From: a virus
Lineage: Duplodnaviria; Caudoviricetes
Strand: one strand, 5' to 3'
Length of the DNA: 36,575 bases
Virus record (IMG/VR): IMGVR_UViG_3300038321_000208
Coordinates: 1 to 36,575 of that record
Translations under genes and position numbers: made by a program
The notes under the pieces: generated by a model
What the model was told of the DNA's origin: nothing
Databases searched by the model: none
Seen by the model: the letters and a program-made list of their open reading frames with translations, nothing else
In this document: one piece after another, positions 6,405 through 12,902 of the stretch
How positions within the stretch are numbered: the first letter of the stretch is position 1
How the letters are laid out: each line of letters opens with the position of its first letter

Positions 6405-7733
6405 GATAGCACTATTCCGTTGTAGGGAAAACCAGCCTTCCGTCCATTCCGTATCGGTGTATTCTCCGAAGATTTTTTTCCGAAGCGAATAGCTGTTGCA
6501 GTGTGAAAGCAGAGCGTCATAGGCGCTGAGAGTCTTCTTTGCCCGCTCCAATGAAATTTCACCATCTCGATAATCTTCCATCAAGGCCCGCAACCTTCTC
6601 CGCATTCTAAGGGCTGTGCTTTTCCGAAGTTTCAAATGGTTAGACCACAATCGGAAGCCGCAGAACTCGATTCCAAGGCTGATGGGACGAATGCAGACCT
6701 TGTCGTTCAGATCCAGCTGCAACCGGTCGTTGATGAAATTCTCCAGCATATCCTGCCAATCTTTCAGCTGCTGTTTGCTGTCCGAAAGGATTATAACATC
6801 ATCGTTATACCGGACATAATATTTGATACGGAGCTCTCTCTTTGCGTACTGATCGAGCGGATTAAGGTTCAGATTTGCAAGCATTTGAGATGATAGGGAT
6901 CCCACCGGGAGCCCCCGGTCCGGGATGCGCTCAGCCCTCGGAACTTCTTCCGGACGCTTTCCTGACGGCAGCCCGAAGTTCTGATTATTATCGCAAACAG
7001 TCGCTCTCATCCACGCCTGAACCTGCTTATCGCTGACCTTTCGATTAAACTCTCGAAGCACAACAGCATGTGAAATACGATAGAAATATTTCGATATGTC
7101 TAATTTTAGATAATACCATTTATGGCCTTCAGGAGCATCTTGGAATTCGATTTTTGATTTCCTCGATATGGCCTGCAGGTCATTGATTGATATTTTTTCG
7201 GAAGTTTGGTTTATGGAAATCTCACGGAAACCCTCGTGCGTCCAAACAGCCAGCTTCCCATTATTCCGAACGTTCTGCCAACCGGCTTCAGAAAGAACTC
7301 GTAAAACCGTACTGACCGGATAACAAGGTACATTGTTCTGCCAATCGACCAGCCGAAGCCAGTAATACAGTCGTTCTACCGCCGCAATCTGTCCTCTATC
7401 CTTAATGCTCGCAAAAGTATCTTTTATGTATCCACGGACAAATCGAGGATTCAGCACCCGGTAAAATGCCCACTGTATTACTCGGTCTTCAAATGGCTGC
7501 TTCATAATAAGGCGGCATTTGGGTTCATAAATATAAGATTCATGATACGGGCCTGGGTGGAAATCTCCAGCGAGTAGCCGCTTCTGAATGTGGCATAAAT
7601 TATCAATGAGATGGGCCGAAAACTTGAGAACTTCAGAACGATACCGTTTATCTCGCCGGGCTTTCAAATACGCCCGGTGGATGTTTTCAAACCTCGTGAT
7701 CTCAGGAAATACATTTTTTATCGTTTTTGGCAT
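6387..7733 (-). CDS. DGR reverse transcriptase with HicA-like insertion
   Basis: YEPK.RLI, F.DRVIQ, LKLDISKYF, GLPVGSLSSQ (DGR-type SQ), YVRYNDD and GIEFCGF motifs; no group II intron En domain. Confidence 0.95.
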   Translation of the reverse strand: MPKTIKNVFPEITRFENIHRAYLKARRDKRYRSEVLKFSAHLIDNLCHIQKRLLAGDFHPGPYHESYIYEPKCRLIMKQPFEDRVIQWAFYRVLNPRFVRGYIKDTFASIKDRGQIAAVERLYYWLRLVDWQNNVPCYPVSTVLRVLSEAGWQNVRNNGKLAVWTHEGFREISINQTSEKISINDLQAISRKSKIEFQDAPEGHKWYYLKLDISKYFYRISHAVVLREFNRKVSDKQVQAWMRATVCDNNQNFGLPSGKRPEEVPRAERIPDRGLPVGSLSSQMLANLNLNPLDQYAKRELRIKYYVRYNDDVIILSDSKQQLKDWQDMLENFINDRLQLDLNDKVCIRPISLGIEFCGFRLWSNHLKLRKSTALRMRRRLRALMEDYRDGEISLERAKKTLSAYDALLSHCNSYSLRKKIFGEYTDTEWTEGWFSLQRNSAIKESDE

Positions 7734-7887
7734 CTAAGACCTCAGGAAAACGCAAAAGGCGGCTTTCACTTTCGCTACTTGCAGCCTTCGCAAAATTCAT
7801 TTTTTTGCCAAACTGGCACGGAAACGAATTCCTTTATCCTCAGACTCCGTGCGGCGTCCATGGACGCGCGCCCCTGGTATGAGGTAG

Positions 7888-7999
7888 AGCGGCGCGGAAA
7901 CCCACGCTCCCCGAAGTATACGAGCGCGGATTATTGATGTTGAGGGCGAACACGCCAGCGGAAGCACCATTGGAATAATTACCACCGCGAAAAGGCAAA
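7888..7999 (-). ncRNA. DGR template repeat TR-a (RT-proximal)
   Basis: 112-bp homolog of VR (LPFRGGNYSNGASAGVFALNINNPRSYTSGSVGFRAA). The 3' half differs from VR at 5 nt, 4 of them template A. Confidence 0.92.
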
Positions 8000-8160
8000 A
8001 ATAAATTCGTTCCCATGTTTGCATCGGAGCGATTTTCGCAGATGTGCTACTCACGGCTCCTTAACGTTTCATTTTTTTACTGTAATCAGTACGGAAGCAG
8101 TTCCCTTTATCCTCGGGCTCTGTGCGCTGTCCATAAACATACGTCTCTGGCGCGAGGTAG

Positions 8161-8272
8161 AGCGGCGCGGAAACCCACATTGGTCCCGGAATTGGCACGA
8201 GGGTTATTCAGATTGAGGGCGAACACGCCAGCGGAAGCAGAATCATTCCAATCACCACCGCGAAAAGGCAAA
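8161..8272 (-). ncRNA. DGR template repeat TR-b (middle)
   Basis: 112-bp homolog of VR (LPFRGGDWNDSASAGVFALNLNNPRANSGTNVGFRAA). The 5' half differs from VR at only 2 nt, both template A. Confidence 0.92.
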
Positions 8273-8449
8273 ACATGAACTACTCCCAAATTCATCAAAT
8301 TAAGCTATGTTTTGCGAGGTTTGCATTTGCTACTACCAGCATCCATAGCTAATTCATTTTTTTGCCGAAATGTTAAGCATGGAAACAGGCTCCTTTAATC
8401 TCGTGTTCTGTTCATATATCCTTAGATATATGCCTCCGACAGGAGATAG

Positions 8450-8561
8450 AGCGGCGCGGAAACCCACATCGCTATTGGAGTACGAGCGGGTATAATTGAT
8501 ATAGAGGGCGAACACGCCAGCGGAAGCACCGTTACCGTATTCACCACCGCGAAAAGGCAAA
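8450..8561 (-). ncRNA. DGR template repeat TR-c (avd-proximal)
   Basis: 112-bp homolog (LPFRGGEYGNGASAGVFALYINYTRSYSNSDVGFRAA) with the same invariant blocks and flanking structure; no matching VR segment in the window. Confidence 0.82.
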
Positions 8562-8579
8562 ATACAGCCTGTTCCCGAA

Positions 8580-9098
8580 TTATTTTTTAGAAATTTTCTT
8601 TTGGCATGCGTAGCATAAAGATCTACCGAAGTGTGCAGTAGAATAGTCGTTGATTCTCTTTGTTATTACAGCACCGCAAACCGAGCATATATATTCTTTT
8701 CCTTCTGAATCGATTGTTCCGGACTTTTCACGCTCAGATTTTAACCACCCCCCTACCATCTGCCCGACCTCGACAATGCATTTTGAAATGTTTTCAAACT
8801 GGGGATCCTTCAGATAACCCAAATCGTTTGCCCACTGAATATCCATCTTGAACGCCCCGATCTCGGTATCAAGTTGACGAAGCGTGTCCTTTTTAGTGTA
8901 TTTTTTGTTCGCAACAAAGATCAGCTTTTTTATTGAATTGAATTCCTGCATCAGCGTTTGGACGATTACAAAGCGCTGCTCCTTATTCATTTTCCCGAGC
9001 ACCGGCCATAAGTACAGACCGAGGTCATACACCTTTTGCTGGATAAAAAGTTGCTCGTAGGCTTTTCCAAAGTGTCTATGATCGTTCTTTTCAGACAT
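8580..9098 (-). CDS. avd: DGR accessory variability determinant with C-terminal zinc ribbon
   Basis: L.I.QK.YD...Y....L, K.QRF, ANKK..KK.TL..LD.E and EVG.MVGGW.K four-helix-bundle motifs; located directly upstream of the TRs; CxxC-x20-CxxC tail. Confidence 0.9.
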   Translation of the reverse strand: MSEKNDHRHFGKAYEQLFIQQKVYDLGLYLWPVLGKMNKEQRFVIVQTLMQEFNSIKKLIFVANKKYTKKDTLRQLDTEIGAFKMDIQWANDLGYLKDPQFENISKCIVEVGQMVGGWLKSEREKSGTIDSEGKEYICSVCGAVITKRINDYSTAHFGRSLCYACQKKISKK

Positions 9099-9121
9099 AG
9101 AAGCTCCATATTATCAAAAAC

Positions 9122-9199
9122 TTTACCTATTCTGTAATAGTATAATGAGTTTCTGATATAAAAATCTCGCTTTTGGAATGAAATTACAATCTTCGTAAT
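9122..9199 (-). promoter_or_regulatory. avd-TR-RT operon promoter/operator
   Basis: -10 TATACT (9139-9144); ATTAC-N7-GTAAT (9183-9199); TTAC-N7-GTAA (9123-9137); 15-bp block identical to 918-932. Confidence 0.65.
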
Positions 9200-9216
9200 T
9201 TTTCGACAGGAAAATC

Positions 9217-9251
9217 AAAATGGGGATAGCCCTCAAACCTATCCCCATTTT
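9217..9251. terminator. Terminator-like hairpin separating tail genes from avd
   Basis: AAAATGGGGATAG-N9-CTATCCCCATTTT perfect 13-bp inverted repeat. Confidence 0.7.
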
Positions 9252-9264
9252 CCAATTTTTCGCG

Positions 9265-9308
9265 ACCCGCTTACGCGGGTGTAGATAAAAGTGGCGCTAC
9301 CGCGCCAC
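9265..9308 (-). promoter_or_regulatory. DGR target-recognition hairpins downstream of VR
   Basis: Minus strand: GTGGCGC-GGTA-GCGCCAC (9291-9308, GRNA loop) and ACCCGC-GTAA-GCGGGT (9265-9280). Confidence 0.75.
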
Positions 9309-9333
9309 AGCAGATATTCTTAAAACGCAAAAA

Positions 9334-10710
9334 TCACGATACGCAAAAAGCGGCGCGGAAACCCACGCTCCCCGAAGTCGACGAGCGCGGATTATCGATG
9401 CCGAGGGCGAACACGCCAGCGGAAGCAGAATCACGCCAATCACCACCGCGAAAAGGCAAACACTCAGTATTTGCACTTGTACCTTGGTACTGATAATCAT
9501 TCCCAAATTCGGCCAATCCGGAACTATCGCAATCCCCCATAACAGCGTGCTTCGCAAGTTTAGGATCCGTGTTGAGTTCCGTAACATCTTCGCTACTGCT
9601 TGACCAATTTGTCGGGAATTGTAAGCCCGTATCCGCTTCATCAACATATAAATAGCCGGTCCCTGCACTCCCTACTTTCAACTTCAAGCCGGCAGTCCAC
9701 TCCCAGACGTTACCATTGAGGTCATAGACACCATTGACCCTTCCCGTATGGCTCGTAAGATTCTGACCTGTCTTCCACCCTGATTTAATACCAGTGCCGG
9801 TCAATGCACGGCTGGAAACCGTAGGATCTGCCGTAAACGTGATTCCAGCGTCGTCAGTATCTTTCAAGCTGCTATTGTTTTCATAAGGTCCCCAACGGTT
9901 ACTTCCAAAACGGTCCGGGCCAAGGAGCATCGAATAAATGCCCAGTGCAACCCATTCTTCATCGCGTATAAGGCGTACTCCGATGTCTTTTCCATTCGTC
10001 GCATCGCTGGTCGCACAGGCGATCAAAGCATTGTCATATGTAATGGTCGTCCACGGGATTACACCGCTCTTTGAGACAGCGACCGTACTGCTACCGCCTG
10101 TGGAGGCCGTCGCATCGGCTTTGGATGCTTGAAATTTGAAAGCATAAAAGGGATGGAAAAGAACGACATTGTAATCCACACCCTCCGTCCCGGTTGGCCT
10201 ATGCCGAACAAAAAAGCCTTTTGGCCTACTGGCGTAACCGCAGGCAGATGGATTAATAACCTGAAATGCCCTAAAACCGGGCTGATAGACCCATGCGTTT
10301 GATCCCAGGTTAAAATCGTGAACTTCCAGACTGGAATCACAAAACTCTACTGCTGTTCCATCAGCATAGCCGCCAGAAGGCGCTTCCGGGTAAATGGTAA
10401 TCGGAACTTTGTTCCCTGCCGCCGTTCCACCGGTCGCGACAAGATGATAATTTCCGCCGATTTTTATCATGGCGGTTTTGTTGATATTTCCCGTCAGTGT
10501 GCCGCTTGCCGAATATACATTAACGCTCTGACTTCCCTCGGCGACAGTTTCGACCATAAGCCCCGTTGACGGATTGAGAGTATTTGATACATCTTTCCAG
10601 TGTTCCCGCTGCCATAAGGCGGAAAACACTTCCACGTCGTCTGAATTTAATGAAAAGTTTTCTGCCGGAGGTTCCGGTTGCACCTTTTTCTGCGCACCAA
10701 AGATAATCAT
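9334..10710 (-). CDS. DGR target: tail/receptor-binding protein with C-terminal FGE-type C-type lectin (Mtd-like) domain
   Basis: PW.TI...A..AC, LI...EW, GVYDLNGNVWEW and RGG.W......G........R.....GFR motifs; last gene of the tail module. Confidence 0.9.
   Translation of the reverse strand: MIIFGAQKKVQPEPPAENFSLNSDDVEVFSALWQREHWKDVSNTLNPSTGLMVETVAEGSQSVNVYSASGTLTGNINKTAMIKIGGNYHLVATGGTAAGNKVPITIYPEAPSGGYADGTAVEFCDSSLEVHDFNLGSNAWVYQPGFRAFQVINPSACGYASRPKGFFVRHRPTGTEGVDYNVVLFHPFYAFKFQASKADATASTGGSSTVAVSKSGVIPWTTITYDNALIACATSDATNGKDIGVRLIRDEEWVALGIYSMLLGPDRFGSNRWGPYENNSSLKDTDDAGITFTADPTVSSRALTGTGIKSGWKTGQNLTSHTGRVNGVYDLNGNVWEWTAGLKLKVGSAGTGYLYVDEADTGLQFPTNWSSSSEDVTELNTDPKLAKHAVMGDCDSSGLAEFGNDYQYQGTSANTECLPFRGGDWRDSASAGVFALGIDNPRSSTSGSVGFRAAFCVS
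9349..9460 (-). repeat. DGR variable repeat (VR)
   Basis: LPFRGGDWRDSASAGVFALGIDNPRSSTSGSVGFRAA at the extreme 3' end of the target; colinear with all three TRs. Confidence 0.95.
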
Positions 10711-11024
10711 GCTTTCACCGCTTTCAATACCTGAATATTCTCTTTACCATCCTCGATTTTAACGGCACACGCCCAGTATTTCTCCCCATTGGGGAATTTG
10801 GTCAGCGAAGCACCGCCTGTTTCATCGGTATCCGGGGCAAACGCGTAACCGTCAGGAGTAAGATAGACAGTTCCATCCTTCAGATCAAACTCCGCAGCTT
10901 CAAGCTGATACTGCACGTTACAGACCTCCACGCTTGCCTGAGGCATCTCCAGTTTTCCATTGGCAGCAGTGGGAGATATGTCCCAGGCAATATCCGGGTA
11001 AGTACCTGATACAGTGCTAATCAA
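10707..11024 (-). CDS. Hypothetical tail-associated protein
   Basis: 105 aa; stop overlaps the target gene start. Confidence 0.7.
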   Translation of the reverse strand: MISTVSGTYPDIAWDISPTAANGKLEMPQASVEVCNVQYQLEAAEFDLKDGTVYLTPDGYAFAPDTDETGGASLTKFPNGEKYWACAVKIEDGKENIQVLKAVKA

Positions 11025-11037
11025 TATTCAGCCCCCC

Positions 11038-11529
11038 CTATACCCTGTAATATTTTACGGCGGTCAAGCAGAAATTCCCATCATGGGTATCTGCGTCGTT
11101 GCTTCCCAACCTGCGAATTTTAATGCGCAAAGTGTGTGCATCCCCCGTTGGGATAGCCGTAGCCGGGATAGCGGAAGTAAGTGAGATCTGATGAGATAGT
11201 TTGTCGGACGGTGCTGTGACAGTTTCTGCGTCAAGCCAAGCAAACGACGCACCGTCGAAGCTATAACCGAGCTGTAAGCACAGAGCTTTTGCCGCTTCTT
11301 CGGTGTCCATAAAATATTCGAGGGACACCGGAATATCAGCCCTTTTCGCCCAGTCAGTCTCCAGGACCAAATACCGATCTGTCCCATGAGGAAACGCTGC
11401 TGCCGGGATTCCATCGTCATTGCTGACCTGCGTTGGTGCGCTGTCCTCGTCAGAATTAAATCCGTAAACCGAAAATTTATTCTGGCTCTGCGCATCAACA
11501 TAAGGTTTTGTTGCCAATATCGCTTCCAT
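11038..11529 (-). CDS. Hypothetical tail-associated protein
   Basis: 163 aa, beta-rich; ATKPYVD N-terminal motif resembles tail-fibre linkers. Confidence 0.7.
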   Translation of the reverse strand: MEAILATKPYVDAQSQNKFSVYGFNSDEDSAPTQVSNDDGIPAAAFPHGTDRYLVLETDWAKRADIPVSLEYFMDTEEAAKALCLQLGYSFDGASFAWLDAETVTAPSDKLSHQISLTSAIPATAIPTGDAHTLRIKIRRLGSNDADTHDGNFCLTAVKYYRV

Positions 11530-11544
11530 TTATAATTCCCCCTT

Positions 11545-12330
11545 TTATAATACTTCTCTCGCAATGAATTCCAACTTCCTGCCGATTTGCTCTAATGAAA
11601 TAATACCGGTGCCGCTGCTGTCGTCCGTCGCTATTACTTCATCGTTGTCATTAAATTTGATTGGCAATTCGATGGCCGCAGCCACGTTGTCTTCTTCAAT
11701 CGTAATGGGAACCGCGCCGGTTCCGCCGACTTTGCTTTTATTGATTGCGAGCGTTCCGTCTTCATTCAGCACGAGATCCTGGGACAACTTTATCACCCCC
11801 GCTATATCGGTACTTGCTTTCGGAAGCTCTGACGCCGATACCACGCCATTCTCAAGATCAGCTTTTTTCGCCAGATCATCCTTGGTAGCATACACAAGGC
11901 TGCCGTTAATAACTGCCGAAATAGTTGCCGAGTCCGCGATCACAAGGTTGATGGAAAAGACAAACTCTGTCGGCGCAACACTATATTGAGGAATACTATC
12001 GGGCGTTGCTCCAGCGTTGCCATAAGCGTACAGTATTTCATTCCCATCATCGTCTTTTGCATACAGCGCCATTTCTCTTAAAAAAAAAGCTTCCTGCATA
12101 TCCGCATTTGAGAATAAAACTTTAACCGTGGCAATATTCTGATCTCTGCTTAATGAGGAAATACTAAGGTCCAGAACCTTATGAACAATATCGGTAAGCT
12201 GTTCCGGGTCCTGGCCATCAAGTTCCCCATCTCCCACCGCTGCCCTGGTAAAAGTGATTTTCTCCCCGGTCTGCGATTCCGCCAACAAGGCTTTTCCGGA
12301 ATCCGTGACGACAAAATTTTCGAGAGCCAT
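11545..12330 (-). CDS. Tail fibre/tail-collar protein (baseplate-anchoring N-domain)
   Basis: VTDSGKALLA....G.KITFTRAAVGDG, F.LREMALYAKD...EILYAY and LVYATK motifs. Confidence 0.82.
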   Translation of the reverse strand: MALENFVVTDSGKALLAESQTGEKITFTRAAVGDGELDGQDPEQLTDIVHKVLDLSISSLSRDQNIATVKVLFSNADMQEAFFLREMALYAKDDDGNEILYAYGNAGATPDSIPQYSVAPTEFVFSINLVIADSATISAVINGSLVYATKDDLAKKADLENGVVSASELPKASTDIAGVIKLSQDLVLNEDGTLAINKSKVGGTGAVPITIEEDNVAAAIELPIKFNDNDEVIATDDSSGTGIISLEQIGRKLEFIAREVL

Positions 12331-12331
12331 T

Positions 12332-12898
12332 TTAATTCACCTGGTTCAAAGTTATTTTTTTGCAGACCTGCGCTAACCATCCCACATAAAGGCTGACGTG
12401 ATCGCTCTGCTCAAAATTGACCTGGTAATTGAGATGCGCCGGCTTCATGGATCCAACTGTCGCATATACCATACCGACGTTTGCCGGGGCACGGTTCGAA
12501 TCGATGCAGATAGTGAACTTATTCTTGCCTGTACGCTCTTTGATCGTGCAGGGGCGGCCTGTAATAGACGACAGGATATGTTCAAGCCTATAAGGATTAA
12601 GCGGCCCTCTGGTCCTCAGGACGTTCAGGACGGGCTGGCGGCGCTCTTCGATTGAAAGGTTCGCGTTACGTCCGACGCCATAGGTATCTTCCCAATATGG
12701 AATCAGCCAGGTGGCCGTCTGCGGCACGACCTGAAGGAGCATTTCGTCCGAATATTTCCCAAGGTCGTCCCATTCTCTGCCCAGGATCTCAAAAATCCAG
12801 AGGGCTGTATAAGCTTCTCCATACACCGGAGATAATCGCTGCACAATAGCCTTTGCTTCCGGGCTTTTCAGAATTTTCAGCATCAGGTCTGTTGTCAT
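12332..12898 (-). CDS. Baseplate protein (XkdU/YmfQ-like)
   Basis: PQTATW....WE..YG....LSIEERR and KPAHL motifs. Confidence 0.85.
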   Translation of the reverse strand: MTTDLMLKILKSPEAKAIVQRLSPVYGEAYTALWIFEILGREWDDLGKYSDEMLLQVVPQTATWLIPYWEDTYGVGRNANLSIEERRQPVLNVLRTRGPLNPYRLEHILSSITGRPCTIKERTGKNKFTICIDSNRAPANVGMVYATVGSMKPAHLNYQVNFEQSDHVSLYVGWLAQVCKKITLNQVN

Positions 12899-12902
12899 TA
12901 TG

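Larger units (their letters stand above)
6387..10710 (-). mobile_element. Diversity-generating retroelement with three template repeats
   Basis: Order is target(VR)-avd-TR-TR-TR-RT, with adenine-biased TR/VR differences. Confidence 0.95.

Noticed and set aside
6387-7733. Group II intron, retron or Abi RT
   Set aside because: DGR-type SQ motif, adjacent avd and TR/VR pairs; no intron domain V, En domain or retron VTG motif seen.
7797-8560. ORFs 7797-8054, 8107-8298 and 8354-8560 as proteins or extra DGR target genes
   Set aside because: They are reading frames across the TRs. They lack the rest of the lectin domain, convincing RBSs and the downstream GRNA hairpin, and they are flanked by TR-type structured RNA.
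7888-8561. CRISPR array (invariant blocks alternating with variable segments)
   Set aside because: Units are 112-bp in-frame homologs of a coding VR, there are no cas genes, and the avd/RT context fits a DGR.
10707-12330. Second DGR target among neighbouring tail genes
   Set aside because: No RGG...GFR VR-like sequence found by eye in these or other ORFs of the window.
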